Shown: positions 17,771 through 29,489 of the stretch, piece after piece
How positions within the stretch are numbered: position 1 is the stretch's first letter
Layout of the letters: the number at the start of each line of letters is the position of its first letter
Assembly (NCBI GenBank): GCA_964545155.1
Contig: CAZJEX010000012.1
Span: 18,270 to 82,269 of the forward strand
Direction: 5' to 3'
Source: an uncultured Desulfobulbus sp.
GTDB lineage: Bacteria; Desulfobacterota; Desulfobulbia; Desulfobulbales; Desulfobulbaceae
DNA length: 64,000 bases
The notes under the pieces: model-generated
What the model saw: only the letters and a program-made list of their open reading frames with translations
Databases searched by the model: none
What the model was told of the DNA's origin: nothing
Program-made: the position numbers and the translations under genes

Positions 17771-17895
17771 TCGGCCGGGCCTGAGTGCGTACTGTCTCGA
17801 CGTTTGCGCCGGATCGGCAAGGTGCCGTGGTCGCCGGTGCAAACGAGCGAGCGGTCGCCTTGCATCCGGTGGTCAGCGTCTGATTATATCTCATG

Positions 17896-19719
17896 TCATC
17901 CCGACGGATTGGCCGTCATGGGCTCCCGAAGTGCATCCCCCAACCCCGAATACCGGACCACCCTCCGTTCGATGGCCCGAACCAGGAGTTCCTTCCGGCC
18001 GAAGACCGTGAGGCTCTCGCGTGCCCTGGTGATCCCGGTGTAGAGCAGTTCCCGGCTGAGGATCGGGACATCTTCATGGGGCAGGAGCAGGAGGACTTCG
18101 CCGAATTCCGAACCTTGGGATTTATGGACGGTGATGGCGTAGGAGGTTTGCCAGGGCGGCAATCGGGCCAGCGAGATGGGCCGGATGGTGTCCTCGGTCT
18201 GTGGAAACCACGCTTGGAGGGTGCCCTGGGCATCGGGCCAGATGATACCGGTGTCGCCGTTGAAAAGATGCAGGTTGTAATCGTTGCGCAGGATAATGAT
18301 CGGCATGCCCCGGTAGCAGCGCTCGCCTGCTTTGATGACGCCCAGACGGCGGAAAACCTGCTCGGTCAATTGGTTGATGCCGTCGACGCCGCTTGGCCCT
18401 TCGCGCAGGGTGCAGAGAATCCGGCGCTGTTCCATTTCCTGGAGGGCCGCTGCCGCCGATGGCGCGGTGAAAAGCGGGTTGAAAAACCGTTCGAGCTGTT
18501 GTCGGAGCCAGGTGGTTTGGTTTGGCCCGGTTTGCTCTTCGATCTGCACATCTGGGTAGGCGCGCGCCAGGATAGCTTCCAGGGCCTCGCCCAGGCCGGC
18601 ATTGACCGCCCGCGACAGGGCGCTGATGCCGCTTGATTCCCGGAATCGGTGGCTGGTTCGGAGGAGGACGATGGCATCGGCGATGGCGTCGGGAGATTTG
18701 GCGGTGTCATAGGTTGCCCCGGTGAGGGGCTGCAGGGCGGCGGTCAGCGCCGAGGACCAACCGGCGTCGCCGCTGCCGCAGATATCGCCAAACAGGTTGC
18801 CGGCCTCCACCGAGGTCAGCTGATCCCGGTCGCCCAGGAGGATAATCCGGCAGGAGGGCGGCAGGGCGTCGAGCATGGCGGCCATCAGGGGGACATCGAT
18901 CATCGAGGCCTCGTCGAGGAGCAGCAGATCCAGATGGAGCGGATTAGTGCGGTGATACGTAAAACCTGGCGGCGAAGTCCGAAATCCGAGCAGCCGGTGC
19001 AGGGTTTTGGCCTGATCGGGAATCGACTCGGCCCACTGCGGGGGCAAGGTGGTTTTGGCGGTGCGGATCGATTGCTGGAGCCGCAGGGCGGCCTTGCCGG
19101 TGGGGGCCGCCAGGCCGATGCGCAGTTTTTTTGGGGTCAGGGCGGCCAGCGCGGCCAGGATGCGGGCGACGGTATAGGTTTTGCCGGTGCCGGGTCCGCC
19201 CGAGATGACCACAAAGCGTTTGAGCAGGGCCAGGGCCGCAGCGGTCCGCTGCCAGTCGATGGCGGTCGGGGGTTGGCCGACGGTGGGAAAGAGTTCGGCG
19301 AGCATTGCCTCGGGTTCGGCCGCAGCAAGGGGCTCGATGCCCAGGGTCCGGGTTCGCAGGGCGTGGGCGATGGTTTGCTCGTATCGGAAAAAACGGAGCA
19401 GGTAGAGCCGGTCGGCAGTGTCCAGGACCAGGGGGCAATGGTCGCCGGGGCGGCCAACCACCGGGGTGGCCAGCAGGCTCTGACGGACAGCCGCCAAGTC
19501 AGTGAACCGGGAGCCGTCAAGACCTGCCTCGGTCAGCCGAACGGACAAGGCGGACAGGGGCAGACAGGTGTGCCCCTGCCCGGTTGCCCAACTGGAAAAA
19601 GCCGCAGCAATGGGGAGTTCCTGGCTCTCGACGCCGGACATCCGGGCCAGCATGCGACCGGTCTGAACATCGATGGGACGCAACACGCGGGTGGCGAGCA
19701 ACTGGTTGAGCACGGTCAT
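17896..19719 (-). CDS. recD: Exodeoxyribonuclease V alpha subunit
   Basis: The preferred start MTVLNQLL (19719) forms an ATGA overlap with the recB stop. Walker A VISGGPGTGKTYTV, the DEASMID box and the C-terminal ITVHKSQGSEF are present. Confidence 0.9.
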   Translation of the reverse strand: MTVLNQLLATRVLRPIDVQTGRMLARMSGVESQELPIAAAFSSWATGQGHTCLPLSALSVRLTEAGLDGSRFTDLAAVRQSLLATPVVGRPGDHCPLVLDTADRLYLLRFFRYEQTIAHALRTRTLGIEPLAAAEPEAMLAELFPTVGQPPTAIDWQRTAAALALLKRFVVISGGPGTGKTYTVARILAALAALTPKKLRIGLAAPTGKAALRLQQSIRTAKTTLPPQWAESIPDQAKTLHRLLGFRTSPPGFTYHRTNPLHLDLLLLDEASMIDVPLMAAMLDALPPSCRIILLGDRDQLTSVEAGNLFGDICGSGDAGWSSALTAALQPLTGATYDTAKSPDAIADAIVLLRTSHRFRESSGISALSRAVNAGLGEALEAILARAYPDVQIEEQTGPNQTTWLRQQLERFFNPLFTAPSAAAALQEMEQRRILCTLREGPSGVDGINQLTEQVFRRLGVIKAGERCYRGMPIIILRNDYNLHLFNGDTGIIWPDAQGTLQAWFPQTEDTIRPISLARLPPWQTSYAITVHKSQGSEFGEVLLLLPHEDVPILSRELLYTGITRARESLTVFGRKELLVRAIERRVVRYSGLGDALREPMTANPSG

Positions 19720-22700
19720 GGGGTGATCTCCCGGCCGCGGCAACATTCATCGAGTTGTTCGATCAAGCTCCGATCCGGGCGGGTGGCATAAATGCCGCTG
19801 CCCTGCGGATGTTCCGGGTGCATGGCCCGGAGAAACAGATAATAGCTGCCGCCGAAATGGGTGTCGTAGTCATATCCTTCCATCCGGTTCTGGAGGAAAC
19901 GGTGCAGGGCCACCGTGTAAATGAGCGACTGGAGGTGGTACTGGTGGCTGTCCATGCATTCGACCAAGGCCTCGGGGCGGTAGTGCTGGAGCGTGTCGCC
20001 GAGGTGGTTGGATTTGTAATCGACCAGGAAGTAGCGGCCCTGGTATCGGAAGACCAGATCGATGAACCCCTTCATCAATCCCTGCAATGAGGTCGCCGCC
20101 GTTGCCAGGGGCGGTAGGCCGAGGGGGGCAAGGAGCGCATTGAAGCGCCGGATGTCGACCTGTTCCAGGGGAAAGAGAAAACTGAGTTCATTGATCCGGT
20201 CGCTGGCTTTGACCTGATGCAGGCGGCAGCTGCCCGGCAGCTCGACTCCCAGCAGATCGTCGAGCCAGCGGGCGGTGGCGGTTAGCCAGCGCTGGTCGAT
20301 CCCGCCCTGTTCCAGGACTTCGCCGATCAGGGGCAGCTGCTCCCGGGCCGATCGGCTGAAGTCGAGCCGTTCCAGCAGGGTATGCAGGCTGATGCCTGCA
20401 GCCGGTCCTCGGGGGAAGGTGAAAATGGAGGCATAATCCTCGGCTTGCATCGTCTTGATGGGGGACGGGTCGTCCCGGTCCGGAGAGCTGTCGGTACCGG
20501 CGGTCAACTTGGAATAACTGGTCATCGACCAACCCGGATTGATCTTGCCGAGAAAAGGCTTGGTGTGCAGGATAGGGGACACGCCTACAACGGCTCGGCG
20601 GCTGGTGCCGAAACTTTCGGGCGAGGGGATGATGGCGATCGTCGGTGTTTCGGCATTGAGGCGGGACAGGTCGGTGATCATGTCCGCATCGGATTCGAGG
20701 GAACGGCCCTGGTGGAGAAGATGGGCCAGTCCGGTCTGCTGGACCCCCTTCACCCGTCCCCAACAAAACAGGCAGCAGCATTTCGCCCGGGTCACCGCCA
20801 CATAGAGCAGGCGCAAATCCTCGGCCAGTTGTTCCTCTTCGGCCCGGCGACGGTGTTCGTCATCACCGGTGCCAAGATCGATGGTCAATTGCAGGGTCTC
20901 GCGGTGATGAAAGCTCAGCGGCTGGTCCGCCGCCAGGGCCCGCCTCGCCCAGAGGAAGGGAAGCAGAACCACCGGAAATTCCAGCCCTTTCGCCCGGTGG
21001 ATGGTCACGATCCGGATCAGCTGTTCATCGTTTTCCAGGCGGGTCAACTGGTTGGCGGCGTTGTCGTCCGGGGCGTGCAGCTGCTGCCGGAACCAGCGGA
21101 GCAGGCCAGCCATGCCGTGCGCGGCGGCCGGGCTCTGCTGCAGCAGCTCGGCCAGATGGAGGAAGTTGGTGAGTCTCCGTTCCCCTCCGGGTTGGGCCGA
21201 GAGGCGGCGGGTAACCTTCCTGGCGGTCAGCAAATGCTGAAACATGGGCATGAATCCCTGGTCGCGCCAGGCCTGCTGGTATTGCAGCAGTTCGGTTATC
21301 TGCGCTTCCCAGCGCTGCTCATCATTGTGCAAGGCATGGAGATCATCACCGGTGCAGCCGAAGAGGTCGGTGACCAGGCAGGTGCGGATCTGGGCCGGTC
21401 GGGAAAGATCGGCCAGGGCCGTCAGCACCAGGGCCATCTGGCGAGCCTCCTCGGTGGCATAAACCGAATTCTGGCTATAGTAGACGCTGTGCAGGCCGCG
21501 TTGCCGCAGCCCTTGCTGCATGGCCTCGGCCTCCCGGTGGGTGCGTACCAGGATGGCGATATCGCCGGTGGCAAGTGGCTTGCCGGCAATGGTCGCCCGG
21601 CCGTTATCGGCCGCCACCAGGAGGTCGAGAATGGCCTCGGCGCAGTATTCGACCGCGGCCCGCTCGGCCCGTTCCTTGCTGATCAGCGGGGATTTTTCGT
21701 TACGCAGGGCCTCGCTGTCCAGGATCAGTCCGGTGAGCGGGGCCATCGGGGTCTCGTCCAGCAGCAACGGCTGGTTGGCGGCGTCGGCGGCCAGGACCGG
21801 GTGAAAGCCGATATCGTCGGTAAAGACAAAGGCATCCTTGCGGAGCCCGAATAGGGTGTTCACCGCCCCCACCATCATAGGGGTCGAACGGTAATTGGTG
21901 GCCAGGGTGTACCGGTTGGTTGGCGGGGTGTCGCGGCGGGCCTGAATATAGGTGAAAATATCGGCGCCGCGAAAGGAATAAATTGCCTGTTTGGGGTCGC
22001 CGATCATGAACAGGGTGCGGGGGGCCTGGCCATAGATTTTGGCGAACAATCGATATTGCACCGGATCGGTGTCTTGGAATTCGTCGACCAGGGCCACCGG
22101 AAAACGGGTGCCGATTCCGGCGGCGAGTTGCGCCCCGGTCCGGGGCCGGTCCAGGGCCGTGGCCAGGCGGGTGAGCAGATCGTCAAAGGAGAGCCAACCC
22201 TGCTGGTGCTTGCGCCGCTCCAGCTCGTGCTGCAGGGAGCTTCGGGCCTCGTGCAGGACACTGCAACGCAGGTCGGCAAGGTAGGTCTGGTGGCAGGTGA
22301 AAAACTCGTCAAACAGGCGGCAGAACAGGTGGTCCGGCGGCGGTTGTTTACATTTTTTGAGGAGCAGGGTCGCCATCGTTGAGGCGGTCAGCCGGTCGAT
22401 GCCCTTGGGCAGCAGTAAAGGGAACGCAGGGTGCGCCGCCAGGCTGTCCATGGCCGCGAGCAGTTCCGGTACCCGATCGTGGAGCCGGTAGGCTTTGTCG
22501 TTGCGCTGCAGGCAGGGATGCGCTTCGAGCAGGGCCCGCACCTCGCCACGAGCCGTGGCCCAACCCTGCTGCACCTCGGCGAAGAGCGCCCGGCTTTGCG
22601 CCTCCAGTCGGTTGACCTCGATGGGGTCCGCCACCGGCACGATCTCGGCGGTCAGGGCGGTGGCCGCCCCGCCGAGGGCGCGGAGCAATCCCATCGGTTC

Positions 22701-23225
22701 CTTCCAGGTGACCGCAGCCCAGGCGGCTTCCTCTGCCGCGGCCGGGTAGAAACGGTTGCGCCAGAAATCCTCGACGATTTCGCGGCGGAGATCGGTCTCG
22801 CTTTCCAGCAGTTCGAGATCAAACAGCGCGCCGGATTCAAAAGCGTGGTCATGGAGGATGCGCTGGCAAAAACCATGGATGGTAAAGATGGCGGCTTCAT
22901 CCATCCGCACCAGGGCATCGGCCAGCCGCTGTCGGCCAAGATCGGGGGGGACGGTTGCCAGCAGGGCGGCCAGTTGCGGCTCCATCGCTGTCCGCTGCTC
23001 AAGACCGTCGAGGGCCTCCCGTAGCCGGCGGCGGATGCGGTCGCGCAGTTCGCCGGTGGCCGCCCGGGTGAAGGTCACCACCAGAATCTGGTCTACTTCC
23101 AGCTGTCGTTCGAGCAGGAGGCGGAGAAAGAGCAGGGCCAGGGTGTAGGTCTTGCCGGTACCGGCGCTGGCCTCAAGCAGACGGCAGCCCTGGAGCGGGA
23201 TGGTGAGCGGATCAAGCGGCTTCAC
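19716..23225 (-). CDS. recB: Exodeoxyribonuclease V beta subunit (helicase-nuclease)
   Basis: EASAGTGKTYT Walker A, the VDEFQDTD box, and the C-terminal PD-(D/E)xK nuclease motif GFIDLVF..YFLVDYKSN. The gene overlaps the recC 3' end by 14 nt. Confidence 0.9.
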   Translation of the reverse strand: MKPLDPLTIPLQGCRLLEASAGTGKTYTLALLFLRLLLERQLEVDQILVVTFTRAATGELRDRIRRRLREALDGLEQRTAMEPQLAALLATVPPDLGRQRLADALVRMDEAAIFTIHGFCQRILHDHAFESGALFDLELLESETDLRREIVEDFWRNRFYPAAAEEAAWAAVTWKEPMGLLRALGGAATALTAEIVPVADPIEVNRLEAQSRALFAEVQQGWATARGEVRALLEAHPCLQRNDKAYRLHDRVPELLAAMDSLAAHPAFPLLLPKGIDRLTASTMATLLLKKCKQPPPDHLFCRLFDEFFTCHQTYLADLRCSVLHEARSSLQHELERRKHQQGWLSFDDLLTRLATALDRPRTGAQLAAGIGTRFPVALVDEFQDTDPVQYRLFAKIYGQAPRTLFMIGDPKQAIYSFRGADIFTYIQARRDTPPTNRYTLATNYRSTPMMVGAVNTLFGLRKDAFVFTDDIGFHPVLAADAANQPLLLDETPMAPLTGLILDSEALRNEKSPLISKERAERAAVEYCAEAILDLLVAADNGRATIAGKPLATGDIAILVRTHREAEAMQQGLRQRGLHSVYYSQNSVYATEEARQMALVLTALADLSRPAQIRTCLVTDLFGCTGDDLHALHNDEQRWEAQITELLQYQQAWRDQGFMPMFQHLLTARKVTRRLSAQPGGERRLTNFLHLAELLQQSPAAAHGMAGLLRWFRQQLHAPDDNAANQLTRLENDEQLIRIVTIHRAKGLEFPVVLLPFLWARRALAADQPLSFHHRETLQLTIDLGTGDDEHRRRAEEEQLAEDLRLLYVAVTRAKCCCLFCWGRVKGVQQTGLAHLLHQGRSLESDADMITDLSRLNAETPTIAIIPSPESFGTSRRAVVGVSPILHTKPFLGKINPGWSMTSYSKLTAGTDSSPDRDDPSPIKTMQAEDYASIFTFPRGPAAGISLHTLLERLDFSRSAREQLPLIGEVLEQGGIDQRWLTATARWLDDLLGVELPGSCRLHQVKASDRINELSFLFPLEQVDIRRFNALLAPLGLPPLATAATSLQGLMKGFIDLVFRYQGRYFLVDYKSNHLGDTLQHYRPEALVECMDSHQYHLQSLIYTVALHRFLQNRMEGYDYDTHFGGSYYLFLRAMHPEHPQGSGIYATRPDRSLIEQLDECCRGREITP

Positions 23226-26200
23226 AATCCTCCTCCAGGTGTTGGAAGATCGGCTCGAAAAGTCCGGTCATGGTGATGAAGCGGCTGTCCAGGGGATCAA
23301 CCTCCTTGAAAAAATAGCGGTAGGTCGGGCTGTCGCCTTCGCCGCTGCGTTGGAATCCTCCTTCCCAGGCCAGTCGGGCCTTGTCGCGCTCTTTGCCGGT
23401 GCCTGCGGCCTCGGCCCAGGCCCGACTGGTTTCCGGGAAAAAGGGCAGCGGCGCCGAGAGGCCCTGCCAGTAGAGGTCGAGCAGCTCCATGAGCAAGGGT
23501 TGCGGGTCGGCCACTGGCTTGAGGGTGTGGAGCGCCATCGGGGACGAAGTCGGGGCGATGTCCCGGGCCGCATGGATCGTGCATAACGGCATTCCGGGTG
23601 GAGCCACAAGATTAAGGACCAGGTGCTGGATCCACAACTCCATCAGGTCGGCACCCTTGAGTGCCCCGCTGCGCCAGGTGATTCGGCCGCCGGGGTAGAG
23701 GTCGGTCAGCCAGCCGGTGAGCTGGAAGGGGCCAAGGGGGCAATCGATTTCCAGCGGCGGTAGCGGGTCGGCCAGCAGGGGGCGTATCTGATCGGTGAAC
23801 TGTAGGCTGTCCTCGGCGATGTCCGTAAACAGCGATCGCCCGAACTCCGCCTGGGGCAGCTGGCCGCTGCCGGTCAGGGTGGCGAACACCTGTTCCGGCG
23901 ACCGGTTGCGGAGGAGATCGAGCACGGTTTCCTTGCGGAGCTGGTATTGCTGCAACGCATCGAGCCGGAACGGTTCGCTTTCCTCGATCCCAGTTGCTTC
24001 TTCACGCAGCTGCAGGCCGAGGATCTGTTCGAGAAAAAAACGGACCGGATGGCGCCAGAACCGTACCAGGGTGCGGATGTCGACGGATCGCCACTCCGGG
24101 TCGGGCGGTTCCAGGGCTCTAGTGAGGAAGGGGCGGATCTCGCTTTCCCGGCCGGCTGGCTGCCAGGCAGGGTTATAGCTGGCCGTGGCGGCGGTACCGT
24201 CAAAACAGCGCGCGCTGAAGGGCTGCATCGGGTGTTGTGTGGTCAGGTGGTCAACGGTTGTCCCTGCCGGGGCAATGCAGCTCTGGTTGAGGTAGTCCTG
24301 CAGTTCGCTGACCACCACCGAAGGCGGGGTCACGCTGTCGTCGCGCTGGCTGCGGCCCACCCAGGAAATCGCCAGGAGGTCGCGGGCGGAGAGCAGGGCC
24401 TCAAGGAAGAGATACCGGTCGTCGTGGCGGCGGTTGCGATCGCCGAGTCGGGGCTCTTTGGCCATCAGGTCAAAGGATGCGGGGTGCTGGGTGCGGGGAA
24501 AATCACCGTCGTTCATTCCCAAGAGCCAGACGACCCGAAAAGGCACCGAGCGCATCGGCACCATGTTACAGAACGTCACCCGGCCGCTGAGAAAGGCCTG
24601 GCCGCCACCGGGCTGGGAGAGCGTCTCTTTTAGATGATTCCTGATCATGGCCGGCGTCATGGTTTCGGTATAACCGGCCTGCTGGCAATGGGTTTTCAAT
24701 CCATTGATCGTTTCCCGCAGGTTGGCCAGCCCCTGGTCTTCCAGGTCGGGTTCGAAAAAATCCTCGACCATCGCCAGCAACCGGCGGCACCAGTCCTCGG
24801 CGGTGCCGGTTGCCTCAAGGCGCCGGCACCAGTCCGCCAGGGTTTCGATCAGGGTCAGGAACCCACCCAGTTCGCCCGCTTCGCTGCTGCTCAGGTGGGG
24901 ATAGGGCAGGAGTCCCTGATACGGTTCACGGCAGTCGCCCATGAGATAGCCAAGCAACAGTCGGTCCAGGCCGAATTGCCAGCTGTGCTGATGGTCTGTC
25001 TGCACCCCCAGCTGCCGACGGTGCTCCTGGTTCAATCCCCAGCGGACGCCTGATTCCCTGACCCAGGCATGCAGACGCGGCAAAATAGCCGGCTCCAGGC
25101 CAAAGCGTCGCTGCAGCGCCGTGGTCTCGCAGAGGGCGAGCACCGCAGGAGCGGCGAATCGTCCGGCCATCAGATCGAGCAGCTCAAGAAAACAACGCAC
25201 TACCGACTGTTCCCGGTGCAGGGATTGGTCGGCGATCGACCAGGGGATACGCCGTTCCGGGCTCGCCTCGCCGAAGACCCCGGCAATGGCCTCGGCGTAG
25301 AGGTGCATATCCGGGGCGGTCACCAGGATGTCGGCCGGGGTCAGGTCCGGGTACTGCTGGAAGCCATCGAGTAAGCGGTCGTGCAGGACCTGGATTTCGC
25401 GCAAGGGCGAAAAACAGCGGTGAAATTGGATCGAGCGGTCTGCCGGTTGGAGCACATCCTGTTCCTGGTCCGGTGCGGAACGGTCGCCTAGGTCGAGGAG
25501 ATCGTTTTGCAGGGTGGCCAGGAGGTGGGGGGCCTCATGGTCCCGGTAGAGGTCGATGTCCTCCATCTGCCGGTCGAGCAACTGCCGGAAAAAATCCTGG
25601 CCGGTATGGCCCAGCGAGACCAGCAGGGGATTGCCCTGGTCGTAATAGGCATCGGGTCCGTGAGCGGGGTGATCCTTTTGGTGTCTATCCTGAGTGGCCA
25701 TCTGTCGGGCGGAGACCAGGTCGCCCCAGTAGTGGCGGCAGGGGCTGAGGTGAAACAGGTGGACCTCGGTCCGCTCGCTGACCTGCTCGAGGATATCCAG
25801 GTACACCGGGGCCAAACTATTAATCCCGAAGAGGTGCAATCGCCGGGGCAAGGCGGCGGCGTCGGTTTCCGGGTAGGCCAGGAGGCGGTGGAACTGCTCG
25901 GGTAAACGGGATCGGTGCGGGATGGCGGTGGCGGTCAACCGCCGCCAGAGCAGTGCTTGCCAGTGGGCGTCTTCCGGGTGTCGTTCCCAGCGGTTGAGCA
26001 GGTCCGGGCGGTAGACCAGGTATTGATCAAAGACCTCGCTGATCCGGGCAGCCAACTGATAGCGCTTGCAGCCGTCATCGTCATCCCCCAGGTAGGCATT
26101 GATCTCCCCAAAGGCCTGGTGGCCGGACCATTGCGGCAGCAGGGCGGCAATCCGCCAGTGCAGCACCGGTTTGGCGAAGAGATCTTCCTCGGGTTCGTTG

Positions 26201-26442
26201 TCGGAGAGCCGGTGGAACAGGTCCCAGATCAAGCGGGCCGGCAGGGGGAAATGGAGATTGGCGGCAATCCCGGTGGCAAAGGCGAGCTGCTGCGCAATCC
26301 ATTGCGCCATCCCCTGGTTGTGTACCATGACGATCTCCGGTTCCAGAGGGTCGTCGAGGGGTTGCGCCAAGACGTTGCAAAGCTGTTGAAACAGGAGCTC
26401 CAGCCGGTTGGACTGATGAAGAAACAAAGGCATCTCCTGCAA
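23212..26442 (-). CDS. recC: Exodeoxyribonuclease V gamma subunit
   Basis: The N-terminus LFLHQSNRLELLFQQL matches the RecC signature (HSNRLE). Length is about 1075 aa and it is the first gene of recCBD. The start is either TTG 26442 or ATG 26433. Confidence 0.88.
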   Translation of the reverse strand: MQEMPLFLHQSNRLELLFQQLCNVLAQPLDDPLEPEIVMVHNQGMAQWIAQQLAFATGIAANLHFPLPARLIWDLFHRLSDNEPEEDLFAKPVLHWRIAALLPQWSGHQAFGEINAYLGDDDDGCKRYQLAARISEVFDQYLVYRPDLLNRWERHPEDAHWQALLWRRLTATAIPHRSRLPEQFHRLLAYPETDAAALPRRLHLFGINSLAPVYLDILEQVSERTEVHLFHLSPCRHYWGDLVSARQMATQDRHQKDHPAHGPDAYYDQGNPLLVSLGHTGQDFFRQLLDRQMEDIDLYRDHEAPHLLATLQNDLLDLGDRSAPDQEQDVLQPADRSIQFHRCFSPLREIQVLHDRLLDGFQQYPDLTPADILVTAPDMHLYAEAIAGVFGEASPERRIPWSIADQSLHREQSVVRCFLELLDLMAGRFAAPAVLALCETTALQRRFGLEPAILPRLHAWVRESGVRWGLNQEHRRQLGVQTDHQHSWQFGLDRLLLGYLMGDCREPYQGLLPYPHLSSSEAGELGGFLTLIETLADWCRRLEATGTAEDWCRRLLAMVEDFFEPDLEDQGLANLRETINGLKTHCQQAGYTETMTPAMIRNHLKETLSQPGGGQAFLSGRVTFCNMVPMRSVPFRVVWLLGMNDGDFPRTQHPASFDLMAKEPRLGDRNRRHDDRYLFLEALLSARDLLAISWVGRSQRDDSVTPPSVVVSELQDYLNQSCIAPAGTTVDHLTTQHPMQPFSARCFDGTAATASYNPAWQPAGRESEIRPFLTRALEPPDPEWRSVDIRTLVRFWRHPVRFFLEQILGLQLREEATGIEESEPFRLDALQQYQLRKETVLDLLRNRSPEQVFATLTGSGQLPQAEFGRSLFTDIAEDSLQFTDQIRPLLADPLPPLEIDCPLGPFQLTGWLTDLYPGGRITWRSGALKGADLMELWIQHLVLNLVAPPGMPLCTIHAARDIAPTSSPMALHTLKPVADPQPLLMELLDLYWQGLSAPLPFFPETSRAWAEAAGTGKERDKARLAWEGGFQRSGEGDSPTYRYFFKEVDPLDSRFITMTGLFEPIFQHLEEDCEAA

Positions 26443-26610
26443 AAAAGGTATCTGAGGCCGCGGGTTGATGGTTCCGTACGAAGTGGGGCGGGAGTGATTT
26501 TTAGGGGAGGGCTTCTTTGCTGGCCACTTTTATTTTATGAATTTAATCTGTATTTGCTATACTTAAAATATGAAACGATATTTTGTCGGTTTTTTATCAG
26601 GCTCCGGTGC

Positions 26611-29460
26611 ATGAAACCTCGATTCAGTTATCCGCATGTCGTTTTTGCCTTGCTGGCGACCCTGTTCCTGGCCGGGTTGTTTTATTTACCGTATCTCTCG
26701 GTCCGGACCAAGACCATCGAAACGTTCCGCACCCAGCAAATTCTCTCGGCCCAACAGGCGGGCGCTAGCATCCAGTCATTTTTTTCCACCTATGAAAAAG
26801 CGCTTTCCTACCTGGTGCAACAAACGGGCATACAGGACATGGACGCGGGCGGCAAAGCCCTACTGGAGCATTTCTTTTCGATCCATGCTTCCGATCTTAC
26901 CGGCATCCGGCGAAGCGATGCCTCGGGATCGGACCTGTTTTCGGTTCCGGCCCGACCCGCCGACCGGGAGGCAACCGATATCGGTGTTTGCCGGCAGGTT
27001 CTAGAACTGCAAGCTCCAACGCTACAGGTGATGGTGGATGAGCCGGGAGAAAAGGGACGAATCTCTTTTTTTTCCGTCCCGATCCGGCGCGGGGAAGCTT
27101 TCGATGGCTGCCTCTCCTTCACCCTGCCCTTTGTCGGTATCGTTGAGCGGTTTTTTTCGCAAATTGTTCCGGCCCATAATGGCTCTGTCCTGCTGCTCAG
27201 TCGGGAAGGGACCCTGCTCTACGGTCCCGACGCTGCCCAGATCGGTAAAAATATTGAAGATCTAATCTCCGATGGCAAGGATCGCGAGCTGGTGCGGGTG
27301 CAATTGCAGGAGCGTGCCCAGCGGATCATACACCTTGCCCAAGGTTTTCTCGGCGGCTCGACCGATGCCCGGATCGGCAACGATCGATATGCGGTCTTTC
27401 TGCCGGTGGAACTCTCTGGAGCGGCCAACTGGTCGATTGTGATGGTGGCGCCTGCCAAAGAGGTGCTGGGCGCCATGGCTGCATTTAGTTCGCAATGGTT
27501 TCTGGTCACCGGTGTGGCGATTGTCGCAGTCGGCCTGCTTAGCTTTTTCCTCAGCGGCATGGTTGCGCAGCGGCGGGAGGCGCAGCGGGTGCGTGCGGTG
27601 GAGGAACAACTGGCCGGCCTGCTTGACCTGGCGCCTTTGGGCGTCTTCCTGCTGAACGGCAATGACGGCATTGTCTATGCCAACCAGGAGGCGGTCCGCA
27701 TGGTGGATGGCAAGGATGCGGTGACCGGCCGGCTCTTGCTTGATTTCCTCCATCCGGATGACCGGCGACAGGTGGCCGCCACTCTGCGGACGCCGGTCGC
27801 CGGGCAGGCTGTCAATGTCGATGGTGTCAGGCTGCTGACTCGAAACCGGGACGAACGCGATCTGGTTATTACCGCCACCCCCTTTTCTCTGGGCGATGCG
27901 GAACAGCGGATCGTTATCTTTCGCGATGTTACCGAAGAACAGGCAACGGAAAAGCGGCTGCGACACCTGGCCGAAGCCATCGATCAGGTGAAGGAATCCG
28001 TCCTGGTTGCCGATCGCCAGCAAAAGATCGAGTATGTCAATGCCTCCCTCTGTACGATGACCGGGTATGCTCGGGAGGAATGCTGCGGCCAACCCGTCAA
28101 GTTGCTCTGGGCAGGTGAACAGGACGCGCCTTTCGAGCCACAGATGGCCGAGATGATCAGGCAGGGCGAGGTGTGGTCGGGCAGGATCATCAATCGCCGT
28201 AAAGACGGTAGTTTGTTGGTCACTGCGGCGACCGTTTCCCCGGTGCGCGATACCTTGGGCGCCATTACCCATTTTGTTGCCGTGCAGCGTGACCTCACCT
28301 ATGAAGTTGCAGTGGAATCTCGGATGCGCCAGGCCCAGAAGATGGAGGCTGTCGGTACGCTGGCGGGTGGTATCGCCCATGATTTCAATAATATTCTTGG
28401 CGGTATTATCGGCTTTACCGACATGGCGCTGCTGCAGAGTCAACCGGAGAGCGATCTGCATCAGAATCTCCTGCATATCCGTCAGGGAGGGAAAAGGGCT
28501 GCGGATCTTGTTCAGCAGATTCTGACCTTCAGCCGCCAGTCCGCTGAAGAAAGGGTTCCGTTGGCGATGGCCCCGTTGATCAAGGAAAGTCTGCGGTTGT
28601 TACGGGCCACGCTTTCCTCGACCATAGACATTACCTTGGAATTGGCCACGTTGGACACCATGGTCATGGCTGCGCCGGAGCAGATTCGGCAGATCGTCAT
28701 GAATCTCTGTACCAATGCGTTCCAATCGATGCGGGAAAAAGGGGGGCATCTCACTATCCGGCTTGAACGATTGACCGAGTCCCCCTCCGGTACAAAGAAG
28801 GCGGAGGGCGGGCGTGCTTGGGTCTCTCTGGTGGTAATGGATACCGGGCAGGGGATTGACAGTGAGATTGTTTCTCAGATTTTCAACCCTTTTTTTACCA
28901 CCAAACAACCTGGTGAAGGCTCGGGCATGGGGCTTAGCGTGGTTCATGGCATTGTTAAGGAGTTGGGCGGAGAAATTACGGTGGAGTCGCAACCAGGGGT
29001 GGGGGCGGCCTTTACCGTGTTGTTGCCGGTGGCCGAGGGTGAGTCGGATAACGGCTTGCTAAGCTTTGAGGAGCCCCTGCCCGTCGGGACCGGGCATGTT
29101 CTGGTGGTTGACGACGAGAAGGAAATTCGGGAAACGTACAAAATGATGCTCAATCATTTGGGCTATACGGTTACCACCGCCAGCAACCCCGAGGAGGTTA
29201 TGGTCCTGATTGAGAAGGCCGAACCCCGTATCGATCTGGTCATTACCGACCAGACCATGCCGAAAATGACCGGGGTTGTTCTGACCGGGAAAATCAGGAG
29301 CCGGTATCCCGACATTCCGGTGATCCTTTGTACCGGGTATTCGGATCGCCTCAACGATGATATAGCCCGCGAGGCAGGAGCCTGCGATTTGTTGATGAAG
29401 CCGGTGGACTTACGCGGACTGGGCGGGGCGGTCAGGGCCGGGCTGCATAGGAGCGCGTGA
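26611..29460 (+). CDS. Hybrid sensor histidine kinase (periplasmic sensor domain, two PAS, HisKA-HATPase, C-terminal receiver)
   Basis: The true start is ATG 26611 ([23 protein letters not shown], a TM helix). The upstream part of ORF 25915..29460 is antisense to recC. H-box [11 protein letters not shown]-box [11 protein letters not shown]-boxes DTGQGI and GEGSGMGLS, and receiver [19 protein letters not shown] are present. Confidence 0.88.
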   Translation: MKPRFSYPHVVFALLATLFLAGLFYLPYLSVRTKTIETFRTQQILSAQQAGASIQSFFSTYEKALSYLVQQTGIQDMDAGGKALLEHFFSIHASDLTGIRRSDASGSDLFSVPARPADREATDIGVCRQVLELQAPTLQVMVDEPGEKGRISFFSVPIRRGEAFDGCLSFTLPFVGIVERFFSQIVPAHNGSVLLLSREGTLLYGPDAAQIGKNIEDLISDGKDRELVRVQLQERAQRIIHLAQGFLGGSTDARIGNDRYAVFLPVELSGAANWSIVMVAPAKEVLGAMAAFSSQWFLVTGVAIVAVGLLSFFLSGMVAQRREAQRVRAVEEQLAGLLDLAPLGVFLLNGNDGIVYANQEAVRMVDGKDAVTGRLLLDFLHPDDRRQVAATLRTPVAGQAVNVDGVRLLTRNRDERDLVITATPFSLGDAEQRIVIFRDVTEEQATEKRLRHLAEAIDQVKESVLVADRQQKIEYVNASLCTMTGYAREECCGQPVKLLWAGEQDAPFEPQMAEMIRQGEVWSGRIINRRKDGSLLVTAATVSPVRDTLGAITHFVAVQRDLTYEVAVESRMRQAQKMEAVGTLAGGIAHDFNNILGGIIGFTDMALLQSQPESDLHQNLLHIRQGGKRAADLVQQILTFSRQSAEERVPLAMAPLIKESLRLLRATLSSTIDITLELATLDTMVMAAPEQIRQIVMNLCTNAFQSMREKGGHLTIRLERLTESPSGTKKAEGGRAWVSLVVMDTGQGIDSEIVSQIFNPFFTTKQPGEGSGMGLSVVHGIVKELGGEITVESQPGVGAAFTVLLPVAEGESDNGLLSFEEPLPVGTGHVLVVDDEKEIRETYKMMLNHLGYTVTTASNPEEVMVLIEKAEPRIDLVITDQTMPKMTGVVLTGKIRSRYPDIPVILCTGYSDRLNDDIAREAGACDLLMKPVDLRGLGGAVRAGLHRSA

Positions 29461-29489
29461 GATTCCAAGGTTAGGGGGAGTGGTTTTTA

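Noticed and set aside
25915-26610. The 5' extension of the 1181-aa ORF upstream of the hybrid histidine kinase.
   Set aside because: This part is antisense to the recC N-terminus and has shadow-like composition. A proper start (ATG 26611) with a TM helix follows the AT-rich promoter region.
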